Shown: positions 8,511-16,420 of the stretch, one piece after another | Position numbering within the stretch: position 1 is the first letter of the stretch | Layout: each line of letters begins with the position of its first letter | Origin: Chthoniobacterales bacterium | GTDB lineage: Bacteria; Verrucomicrobiota; Verrucomicrobiia; Chthoniobacterales; UBA10450 | NCBI GenBank assembly: GCA_013697365.1 | Contig: JACCXA010000250.1 | Location: forward strand, 1-37,592 | Direction of reading: 5' to 3' | Length of the DNA: 37,592 nucleotides | Notes under the pieces: generated by a model | Told to the model about the DNA's origin: nothing | What the model saw: only the letters and a program-made list of their open reading frames with translations | The model's database searches: none | Program-made: the position numbers and the translations under genes

Positions 8511-9020
8511 TTACTGGCCTGAAATGGGAATGAATTCGACCTCCTCGGTCGGATAGGAGACTCGCAGCGAAGCGCCGGTCCCTGGATCTTTCCATTGCAG
8601 GGTCTCGCGCGAACGTGAGCGCACTCGGCGGACTGGTTCAGCGGAACTTTCCGGGTAAACGAGGCCTTCGTCGCTCGTGTTGTAGACGACGCGCGTGACA
8701 CCGTCCGGCACGAGCGTGCGCGGGACCACGTCCATGCTTTGCGGTGCCGCGGATGCAGCAGCTATAACAGGCGGATGAGTCTGGACCGGCTGGTCGACTT
8801 TCATACGGGCCAGGAGCAGGAAGGCCGCCGCCGCGGCCAGGCCAAGGCCCAGCCCGAACCAGTTCACCCGCGACTCCCGGCGCCGGGGCAACACCCCCGC
8901 GGTCTGCGTAGCCGTAGCCCGCTCCGCCAGCTCTCGCTCGACGCGCGCCAGCAACGTGGCAGAAGGCGCGGCCGGCCGCATTGCCTTCAGCTCGGCTTCC
9001 AGTTCGGAGAAATCATTCAT
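8511..9020 (-). CDS. Putative anti-sigma factor (single-pass membrane protein)
   Basis: 169-aa ORF whose start overlaps the ECF sigma stop by 8 nt (ATGAATGA). Short cytoplasmic N-terminus, one TM (WFGLGLGLAAAAAFLLLA), periplasmic C-terminal domain of about 90 aa. No zinc-binding anti-sigma motif, so the call rests on context. Confidence 0.55.
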   Translation of the reverse strand: MNDFSELEAELKAMRPAAPSATLLARVERELAERATATQTAGVLPRRRESRVNWFGLGLGLAAAAAFLLLARMKVDQPVQTHPPVIAAASAAPQSMDVVPRTLVPDGVTRVVYNTSDEGLVYPESSAEPVRRVRSRSRETLQWKDPGTGASLRVSYPTEEVEFIPISGQ

Positions 9021-9510
9021 GCGAGATCAAATTCTTTTTCAAAGCCGCCAAAGCATAGCGATAACGCGAGGCCGCCGTGTTTTGCGAAATGCTGAGGACG
9101 GTTCCGATGTCGGCAAAGGTCAGTTCGTTCCATATTTTCATGACGAGCACCTCACGTTGCTCGGCCGGCAGTTGATCGACCGCGGCGGCCAAGGCTTGCT
9201 GAGATTCTGTGATGGCGTCGAACTCGGGCGGCGCGACCGAATGCTCTGCGGCTGCGTAGGCGCTGGCTTCCCGGCGCGCGCGCCGGACGTCGCGCCGCAG
9301 AAGATCGAGCGCAGTTGAGCGCACGGTGGCGAAAAGGAGGGCGCGATTTTCGATTGGATGCTGCTTGCGCCAGAACTTAACGAACGCTTCCTGGACGATG
9401 TCTTCCGCATCCGCGATCGAGCGAACGAACTGGCGCGCAAAGAGAACGAGGCCGGGCGCGGCTTCTGCAAAACAGACTCTCCAATCTTCATGTGTGGCGA
9501 CATTCTCCAT
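9013..9510 (-). CDS. ECF-type RNA polymerase sigma-70 family factor
   Basis: Region 2 (..DAEDIVQEAFVKFWRK..) and region 4 (..LPAEQREVLVMKIWNELTFADIGTVLSISQNTAASRYRYAL..). The start is placed at the internal Met (MENVATHEDW). The track start at 9618 would add 36 non-sigma-like residues and overlap the upstream gene by 20 nt. Confidence 0.8.
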   Translation of the reverse strand: MENVATHEDWRVCFAEAAPGLVLFARQFVRSIADAEDIVQEAFVKFWRKQHPIENRALLFATVRSTALDLLRRDVRRARREASAYAAAEHSVAPPEFDAITESQQALAAAVDQLPAEQREVLVMKIWNELTFADIGTVLSISQNTAASRYRYALAALKKNLISHE

Positions 9511-9598
9511 GACCTCTTTAGGGTCTTTGCTTACAGGACGCCGCCAACTGCGAGATTTGTCTATCTGCGGTGAACATTCTCGCGCAGGAACAGCGAGG

Positions 9599-10492
9599 TT
9601 ATTTCTTTCCAGCATCATTTCGGACGAGGCGGAGACGATTGTTTCGCTGATCGAAAGTGAGCGCGAAGCTCTCCAAAGATTTTGCGCCGATATTGGCGGC
9701 TTCTCCCAGGGCAGGAAACGTGATCGTCGGATCTGCGAACTCGTGGCTTCCCAGGCGAATGGATTCTTTCAGGCGCGCCTGCCTGATCTCGACATCACCA
9801 CTCAAGCTGCGTGCTTTCCCGACGACCGTAGCTTCCGAGGCCAGGTCGAGTTTTTCGACCAGGGCCATCGGCAAAACAAAAGCGCCGATTGAGTTCCCGG
9901 AATCGAGGTGCGCGCTCATCCTCATCGCGCCGACAAAGAGATCGACCGTCGGAACGCCTCCTTCATTTTTGTAATCGAGAATCGCCTTTCCATCCGCCTC
10001 CGGCAGCTCGCCACGATCAAGCCGAACCACCTTCCCCGGAAAATCCAGCGTGACGAGGTAGCCGGCAAAAAGTTGCAGACCGATGATGCCGTCCATGGTG
10101 GCGGAGCGGGGCGAGGCCTTGTAGTTCCGCGACCCGGCGGACACATCGGAAAAACGCAGGCCCGCGAGTTCAATCGATTCCAGGCGAACCATCTGCATGC
10201 GTTGAGGACCGCGGCCGGAACCATCCGACGCCTGGACGTCGCCCGCCGGTTTGATTCCCAGTTTTTCGGCGACTGCGGAGTCGAGCCGCGCCTGCCCTTG
10301 CGCTCCGGTATCGATTCCAAAGAGAAACGGACCTTTGCCGTTCACCATCACTTCGACGGCCGGCATCGTTCCGATGAAACGCATTGGCACTTCGACTCGA
10401 GCAGCCGGAGCGGCGGCACGCTGTGCAGGGATGGTCAGCGCAGTAGCCAGAGCCAGCGCGGCCACCAGAAAAGCTTTCAAGAATTGACGCAT
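9599..10492 (-). CDS. Secreted retropepsin-like (clan AA) aspartyl protease with two lobes
   Basis: Signal peptide from the internal Met (MRQFLKAFLVAALALATALTIPAQ). Two aspartyl-protease signatures: ..FLFGIDTGAQG.. and ..SAHLDSGNS... Confidence 0.7.
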   Translation of the reverse strand: MRQFLKAFLVAALALATALTIPAQRAAAPAARVEVPMRFIGTMPAVEVMVNGKGPFLFGIDTGAQGQARLDSAVAEKLGIKPAGDVQASDGSGRGPQRMQMVRLESIELAGLRFSDVSAGSRNYKASPRSATMDGIIGLQLFAGYLVTLDFPGKVVRLDRGELPEADGKAILDYKNEGGVPTVDLFVGAMRMSAHLDSGNSIGAFVLPMALVEKLDLASEATVVGKARSLSGDVEIRQARLKESIRLGSHEFADPTITFPALGEAANIGAKSLESFALTFDQRNNRLRLVRNDAGKK

Positions 10493-10602
10493 AAAGTGGT
10501 GTCCGCGGACCGGCATACTCCAGCGAGCAAAGCCGAGGCGATGCTGACAGGCGGCCATCCGGGCTTTAGTGTGCAGACGCCGCCAAAGGACGGTTTTGTT
10601 TA

Positions 10603-11490
10603 ATGAAAAGAATTCTTTCCTGCTTTTTCCTCGCCGCGGCCAGTGTTCCTGGCCTGGCGCAGGGAGATCCCGCTCAGGAAGCGGCGCGCCTGATGGTGGA
10701 ACAGGAAGGAAAGTTTCTCCAGATGAGTCTGGAACAAGGAACGCGCGCGGCCTTCCTCCATTTTCTGGCGGACAACGCGATTGTCTTCCAACCCGGGCCG
10801 GTCAACGGCAAGCAGGCGTGGAGCAAGCGCCCGGAACACGCGATCTCGTTATCCTGGAAGCCACTCCTCGCGGTCATGGCGCGGAGCGCGGACCTCGGAT
10901 ACACGACGGGCCCGGCGGAATGGAGGAAATCGAAAGAAGATGAGAAGCCTGTCGGCTACGGCGAGTTCATCTCCATCTGGCGGAAGCAACCGGACGGCAC
11001 ATGGAAAGCCGCTCTGGACGTCGGCGGCGAGGTCCCCGGCCCGGCGAAATTCGAGGAACCTCCGCAGCTCGTGTTTTCTTTTAGTCCTGATCCTCCGGCC
11101 ACGGCCGGCGCGCCGGTGTCGCCGTTCAAAAAGCTGCGCGAGACCGAAACCAAATTCATGGCTGCGTCGAAATCGGATTCGACGGCGGCACTAGTCGCGT
11201 CGAGCAGCCCGGCGATCCGTGTCATTCGCGAAGGAGTATTTCCTGCGCTGGGCAAAGAGGCGGCGGGCCTGATGTTAAGCGTCCGGCGCGGAAAGCTCTC
11301 GATGGAACGAATGGGCGGCGGAGTCAGCACGGCAGGGGATCTTGCTTACAGCTACGGCAAATACACGCTCGTAAATCCGCAGAACATCGAGCGCGGTCAT
11401 TACCTGCAAATTTGGCGGGCCGACAAGTTCGGCTGGTGGCAGATCGCGCTCGACTACCAGGCGCCGTTGCCGGTGGAGGAGAAGAAGTGA
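10603..11490 (+). CDS. Secreted protein with two NTF2-like (DUF4440/SnoaL-like) halves
   Basis: Signal peptide MKRILSCFFLAAASVPGLAQG. Two similar halves each end in a ..W(R/K)xxPDG/KFGWxxALD.. type motif (FISIWRKQPDGTWKAALDVG; YLQIWRADKFGWWQIALDYQ). The family call is tentative. Confidence 0.6.
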   Translation: MKRILSCFFLAAASVPGLAQGDPAQEAARLMVEQEGKFLQMSLEQGTRAAFLHFLADNAIVFQPGPVNGKQAWSKRPEHAISLSWKPLLAVMARSADLGYTTGPAEWRKSKEDEKPVGYGEFISIWRKQPDGTWKAALDVGGEVPGPAKFEEPPQLVFSFSPDPPATAGAPVSPFKKLRETETKFMAASKSDSTAALVASSSPAIRVIREGVFPALGKEAAGLMLSVRRGKLSMERMGGGVSTAGDLAYSYGKYTLVNPQNIERGHYLQIWRADKFGWWQIALDYQAPLPVEEKK

Positions 11491-11496
11491 GGGACT

Positions 11497-11528
11497 CTCG
11501 CAGGGGCAGCTGACGAGTTTTCCTTTTC
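11497..11528 (+). terminator. Possible intrinsic terminator of the NTF2-like gene
   Basis: CTCG-CAG-gggcag-CTG-a-CGAG stem (7 bp with one bulge) followed by TTTTCCTTTTC, starting 7 nt after the stop codon. The stem is weak. Confidence 0.3.
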
Positions 11529-11574
11529 GCGCCCTACCCTCGAGACGCGGGCAACAACAAAGGCGCCGGCCGTT

Positions 11575-13128
11575 TCATTTCACGCGGACGTTTTTGCGCA
11601 GAAACGTTGGGACGTCGAGATCCTGGCCTTCGACGATTGTCGGCTCGCTTTTTTCGAAGCGGCCACGAGTGACTGACTCGAACTGCAGGACTTCCTGCTT
11701 CGCTACACTATTCTCCGCCGGCTTGGGCTCCTTGAGCGGCGTCGTTTTCTTCCTAGGCAAAATGACGCGCGGCTGCTGCGGCTCGGGCTCCCGGACTTGC
11801 TCCACGATTTGGGGCATGGCCGCGGGCTCTGGCACCTCCGCGATGTCGCCAATCGAATCCGTTTCCTCGGACGGTGTCTCGTCCGCCAGCTCGGGCTGGT
11901 TCAGCGTCGCTTCAATCATCTGCAACGGACGTACCAGCGGAGGCGGCTCCGCCGATTCGGCTTCAGGCACAAACTTTCCCGGCTCGTCCGGCGATGGCGA
12001 CGGTTCTGCTTCCGGCGCGGTGTCCGCTTCGACAGCTGGTTGCGATTCGAGTTCCGGTGCCGGCGACCGTTTTGTCTCCGGGCCTGCTTGCGGTGAAGGA
12101 ACGGGAGCAGCAGAGGGACGTTCGAAAACCGGCTTCGACACGACCGCCCCATCCGCGGCCAGCGAGCTGATGATCGTGACCGACAAGCGGTTGCCCATTC
12201 GTCCATCGACTACGGTGCCAAAGAGAATCTGCGTGTCGTCGCTGATGTGCCGGTTCAACTCCTGCATCAGGATTTCGACTTCGGAGAGCGTCATCCCCGG
12301 ACCGCCTGCGACCTGCACCAGAACGCTCGTCGCATCGGACAACATTCGACCGCGATCCATGAGCGGATTCTTTAAAGCCTGGGTAAGGGCGTCGTGCGGG
12401 CGGTTGTCGGAATCCGATTCGCCGTAGCCGAAAAGGCAACGCGAATTCGAATTGCGTAAAGCCGCGAGGAGGTCGTCGAACCCGATCCGGATCAGGCCTG
12501 GGCGCTGGATGAGGCTGATAATCGAACGCACGCTTTGGCTAATCGTCACATCCGCGGCCGCGAAGGCCTGATGAATTCCGGCTTTCGGCGCGACGATGTC
12601 GCCCATCAGATCGTTCTCGAAGCAGATCACCGCGCTCGAAATTTTCTGCAACTCAAGAAGCGCTTCCTGCGCCTGGGCGGCGCGCCGTTTTCCTTCAAAG
12701 GCAAAGGGCATCGTGGCAAAAGTAATCACGAGCGCGCCTGTCTCACGGGCCAGCTCCGCCACGACCGGCGCTGCGCCGGACCCGGTCCCGCCGCCGAGCC
12801 CGGTGCAGAGAAAAATCAGACGCGCTTCGCCACACGCAGTTCGCAATTCATCACCTGCTTCAGTCGCAGCGTCTAAGCCGAGCTGCGGATCGCCACCCGT
12901 CCCTAGGCCGCGCGTCACGCCGCGGCCAAGTTGCACCTTGCTCGCCGCCACGGAACTGGCGAGCGATTGCACATCCGTGTTGGCTGCGATCAAGTCTCCT
13001 TTGTCGAGCCCGTCGAGCACCATCCGATCTAGCGCGTTGGAGCCAGCGCCCCCAATTCCGATGACTTTGATCGGGATGATCTCTTCCTCGCGTTCCGGTA
13101 GACTGTAGTTGCGGCTTAGTTGGATCAT
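11575..13128 (-). CDS. ftsZ: Cell division protein FtsZ
   Basis: ..IKVIGIGGAGSNALDRM.., tubulin signature ..GLGGGTGSGAAPVVA.., C-terminal peptide ..DLDVPTFLRKN... The start is placed at the internal Met (MIQLSRNY), which is preceded by AAGGAG 8 nt upstream and lies 13 nt after the ftsA stop. Confidence 0.95.
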   Translation of the reverse strand: MIQLSRNYSLPEREEEIIPIKVIGIGGAGSNALDRMVLDGLDKGDLIAANTDVQSLASSVAASKVQLGRGVTRGLGTGGDPQLGLDAATEAGDELRTACGEARLIFLCTGLGGGTGSGAAPVVAELARETGALVITFATMPFAFEGKRRAAQAQEALLELQKISSAVICFENDLMGDIVAPKAGIHQAFAAADVTISQSVRSIISLIQRPGLIRIGFDDLLAALRNSNSRCLFGYGESDSDNRPHDALTQALKNPLMDRGRMLSDATSVLVQVAGGPGMTLSEVEILMQELNRHISDDTQILFGTVVDGRMGNRLSVTIISSLAADGAVVSKPVFERPSAAPVPSPQAGPETKRSPAPELESQPAVEADTAPEAEPSPSPDEPGKFVPEAESAEPPPLVRPLQMIEATLNQPELADETPSEETDSIGDIAEVPEPAAMPQIVEQVREPEPQQPRVILPRKKTTPLKEPKPAENSVAKQEVLQFESVTRGRFEKSEPTIVEGQDLDVPTFLRKNVRVK

Positions 13129-13141
13129 AACTTTTACTCCT

Positions 13142-14353
13142 TCATCGCATTCCGCTGAAGATCTTGCCGAAGATGCGGCGGATGCCACCAGTGGGCCGTC
13201 GATCCACCTGCACTGCCTGCGCATATTTGATTAGTCCGATTGCGGCGGAGAATTGCGGATTCTCAAACGCGCTCGTTAGACCGGACATGGTCTGGGCATG
13301 TGCCACCCGCGCGGGCAGCTCGAAGACTTCCTCGGCCAGATGGTCGATGCCTTTGAGGTGGCTGCAGCCGCCCGTGATAAAAATCCCCTCCCCGATGTAG
13401 TTGATGAAGGGCTCTTCCTCGAGCTTTCGCTTCAAGAGTTCGAACGTCTCCCGCAGCCGGAGGTGGATGATGGTATTAAGCGTCTCGCGTTCTATTTCCT
13501 TCCCGGCAAAACCGGAATCGTCCTTCAACTGCACCGTCTCACCCGGCAGACAATTCCCGAGTGTGACCGCGCCTTCTTCGACCTTAAGTTTCTCGGCTCG
13601 CGTCATCGGAATCCGCAAACCCATCGAGATGTCGTTTGTGATGTGATCGCCCCCGACGCCAAGGACGCCGCTCTGTTTCACCGCCCCATCTACATACAAA
13701 ATGTAATCGGTCGTCCCACCTCCAATATCGATCACGAGCGCGCCCAGACTTTTCTGGTGCGGCGTGAGCACGACCTGCGCGGCGGCCAGCGCAGTAAAGA
13801 CGACGTCTTCGACATCGAGCGGCAATTCCTTCACGCACCGAATCGTATTTTGAATGCGCGTCCGCACCCCGTGGATGATGTGAAAGTCCGCTTCGAGCCG
13901 TTCGCCCAACATCCCGACCGGGTTCAAGACACCGTCCTGCCCATCGACGTGATAATGCTGGATGATCGAATGCAGAAACGCGTTTTGCGACGGGATGCTG
14001 ACCTCGCGCGCGTTGGTCTTAACGTCTTCAATGTCCTGCTCGTCGATTTCATCGCGGTCTTCCGGTAGCGAGACGGAGCCGCGGTTATTGAAGCTCTGGA
14101 TGTGCGCGCCAGCCACACCGACGTAAACGCTGCGAATCATCACATCGCTTTTTGTTTCCGCATCGACCACGGCTTCGTGCACGCACTTCATCGCCGTCTC
14201 GAAATCGACGATTTCGCCTTTCCGAACGCCCCGCGACGGGGCCTGCCCGACCCCCAGGATCTTGATCGTTCCGTCCGGCCTCCCCTCGCCCACCACAACA
14301 CAAATCTTGGAGGTTCCGATCTCCAAACCCACCATTAAATCACTGCTCGCCAT
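13142..14353 (-). CDS. ftsA: Cell division protein FtsA (actin-like ATPase)
   Basis: ..VGLEIGTSKICVVVGE.., ..VIDIGGGTTDY.., ..GIFITGGCSHLKGI... Position is between ftsQ and ftsZ. Confidence 0.95.
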   Translation of the reverse strand: MASSDLMVGLEIGTSKICVVVGEGRPDGTIKILGVGQAPSRGVRKGEIVDFETAMKCVHEAVVDAETKSDVMIRSVYVGVAGAHIQSFNNRGSVSLPEDRDEIDEQDIEDVKTNAREVSIPSQNAFLHSIIQHYHVDGQDGVLNPVGMLGERLEADFHIIHGVRTRIQNTIRCVKELPLDVEDVVFTALAAAQVVLTPHQKSLGALVIDIGGGTTDYILYVDGAVKQSGVLGVGGDHITNDISMGLRIPMTRAEKLKVEEGAVTLGNCLPGETVQLKDDSGFAGKEIERETLNTIIHLRLRETFELLKRKLEEEPFINYIGEGIFITGGCSHLKGIDHLAEEVFELPARVAHAQTMSGLTSAFENPQFSAAIGLIKYAQAVQVDRRPTGGIRRIFGKIFSGMR

Positions 14354-14356
14354 GTC

Positions 14357-15445
14357 CTAGTTCTTCCTTCCCCGTTCCACCGGCATCGCCTTGCGAATCT
14401 TCGGCGCCGATGCGGTTGATCTTCCTTTGGGCAAGGCCGGTGCGGGCTCTGGTTTCATTCCCGGATGCACTGGCGTCGCTTTCAAAATCTTCGGCTCTTC
14501 CCCTTCCGGATCGATCGTCTCGTTAATGATCTCCGCGGCCGACTTTGCGAAGGTCACGGGAATGTTCCGCTGCACGAGAAGGTTCACAGTTTCGAGCTCA
14601 CGCTTTGAGTCGTCCGAGTAGACCAGGAATTGCTCGAGGCGCTGCAACTGAGCATCCAGATTGTCGAAGCCGAAGGTGACACGGGTGTGATTCTTATCCG
14701 TCACGAGCAGGCAATAACCTTTTGAGACATCGATCTCGCGCACCTGGAACCGCGTCTGCATAAAGCTGCGCGTGCTCAGTCGCAGCAACTCGAGCTCGGC
14801 CTTCGCCTCAAAAGAATCAACGACCTTGCCGGCCGTGAGCGATTCGTTCGCACAGCCGGCGATGACCGGGAGGCCGAGATATTCGGGGAGCAATTTCTTT
14901 TCTTTCATGAGCACACCACGCGCATCGACCAGAAACGCAGCTTCGGACGCAAACGGATCGCTCATCTCCTTCTCGGTCGTAATCCACGCCACCGGCTTGC
15001 GTTCGGTGATTCGAATGTCGATCGCCCCCGGCATGTTCCGCACCACCTGGACTTCGTCGACCTGCGGCAACTGCTGCAACTGCTGATGCACGCGCGCGAG
15101 ATCCACGCTGAAGATGTTTGCCCCTTCCCGCAGCTCCGCGGCTTGTAGCACTTGCTCACGCTGCAAGGAGCCGTCGGTCCGCACCTCGATCTTACTCAGA
15201 CGGTAATCGGGGTTTTCAAAAAAGAGCCGTTTCGCTCCGAAGCGCACGCCGTAAACAATTCCCCCCAGCACCAGGATGCTGAGCAGGACTTTCGAGGTCA
15301 CGACCACAATGCGTTTGTTGCGATGCTGCGTCGCCGTTTGCGACCGCACTTTCACATCCAGCAAATGCTGCTGGCGGCGCTGGCGCGTGTTCGAGACCCG
15401 CTGATTCCGAGCGCGTGGCCGCTCCTTCACGATCACGCGACTCAT
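14357..15445 (-). CDS. ftsQ: Cell division protein FtsQ (POTRA domain, bitopic)
   Basis: Basic N-terminus, one TM (VLLSILVLGGIVYGV), POTRA-like segment after the TM. Position is ddl-ftsQ-ftsA. The ATG at 15445 overlaps the ddl stop as ATGA. The track start at 15496 is a GTG inside ddl. Confidence 0.85.
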   Translation of the reverse strand: MSRVIVKERPRARNQRVSNTRQRRQQHLLDVKVRSQTATQHRNKRIVVVTSKVLLSILVLGGIVYGVRFGAKRLFFENPDYRLSKIEVRTDGSLQREQVLQAAELREGANIFSVDLARVHQQLQQLPQVDEVQVVRNMPGAIDIRITERKPVAWITTEKEMSDPFASEAAFLVDARGVLMKEKKLLPEYLGLPVIAGCANESLTAGKVVDSFEAKAELELLRLSTRSFMQTRFQVREIDVSKGYCLLVTDKNHTRVTFGFDNLDAQLQRLEQFLVYSDDSKRELETVNLLVQRNIPVTFAKSAAEIINETIDPEGEEPKILKATPVHPGMKPEPAPALPKGRSTASAPKIRKAMPVERGRKN

Positions 15446-16371
15446 CCGCACCGGCTCCTTCTCGCAGCCGCGGAAAGCTCGATGATGCGGGCGCACAATT
15501 GTGGATAGCTGATTCCGGCCGCCGCCGCCGCCTCAGGCAGCAGACTCGCTTCCGTCATCCCTGGGATAGTGTTGATTTCAAGCACGGTCGAAGCACCCGC
15601 TTCCGGGAGCAGGATGTCGACCCGGGCGTAGACTTTCAGACCCAGCGAACGATAGGCGCGCAGCGCGAGGTCCTGGATTTCGCGCGTCTGTTTCTGCGGA
15701 ATGGGTGCCGGACAGATATGCTGCGCAGCGCCGCCTGCGCTCGGATTAAGAAACGGATACTTGTTCGCAAAATCGTAGAAACCGCCTTTCGGGATGATCT
15801 CGAGAATGGGCAGGACGTGCTCCCCGAGAACGCCGATCGTGAGTTCACGCGCCGGGATAAATTTTTCGACCAGCAATCGTTCGTCGTAACGGGAACCGTC
15901 CGTCAACGCCCGCTCCAGTTCTGCTTCGTCCTTTACGATGTAGACTCCCACGGTCGAGCCCTCCCGCGGCGCCTTGATGACAAAGGGCAACGACATGGAA
16001 GGCCGGTGCCCCGCGGAAATGATTTCCCATTCGGGCGTCGTGACGAAGTGTTCGTCGAACTTCTTTTTTGACTCGATCTTATCGAAAGCAATGCGGCTCT
16101 CCGCCACTCCATCACCGGTGTAAGCGACACCGCGCTCTTCCAGGATCTCCTGCACCTGGCCGTCTTCTCCGAAAGTGCCGTGAATCGCGAGGAAGGCGAT
16201 CTCTGTGCCGGCCGGTAGCTCGAAGTCAGGCCCGCGGACGTCGACTCCAGTCACCTCCGCGCCTAACGAGCGCAAGGCGTTCTCGACCCCGGCGCCGGTC
16301 GCAAGTGAAACGTCGCGCTCCGAGCCGGAGCCGCCCTTCAACACCGCGATATGTTTGCCTTCGAGATTCAT
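15442..16371 (-). CDS. ddl: D-alanine--D-alanine ligase
   Basis: ..IAVLKGGSGSERDVSL.., ATP-grasp core, ..LEINTIPGMT... The track ORF begins at GTG 16383. The ATG four codons in (MNLEGKHIAVL) is preferred. Confidence 0.93.
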   Translation of the reverse strand: MNLEGKHIAVLKGGSGSERDVSLATGAGVENALRSLGAEVTGVDVRGPDFELPAGTEIAFLAIHGTFGEDGQVQEILEERGVAYTGDGVAESRIAFDKIESKKKFDEHFVTTPEWEIISAGHRPSMSLPFVIKAPREGSTVGVYIVKDEAELERALTDGSRYDERLLVEKFIPARELTIGVLGEHVLPILEIIPKGGFYDFANKYPFLNPSAGGAAQHICPAPIPQKQTREIQDLALRAYRSLGLKVYARVDILLPEAGASTVLEINTIPGMTEASLLPEAAAAAGISYPQLCARIIELSAAARRSRCG

Positions 16372-16420
16372 AACTCTACCCACCGAGCGCGCTCCGCTCG
16401 GAATGATCGTTGGCTGTAAC

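Noticed and set aside
16383-16401. Hairpin CCGAGCG-cgctc-CGCTCGG between the murB stop and the ddl start
   Set aside because: Only 7 bp, no U-tract, and located inside a continuous operon. It overlaps the alternative GTG start of ddl. Too weak to call as a terminator or attenuator.
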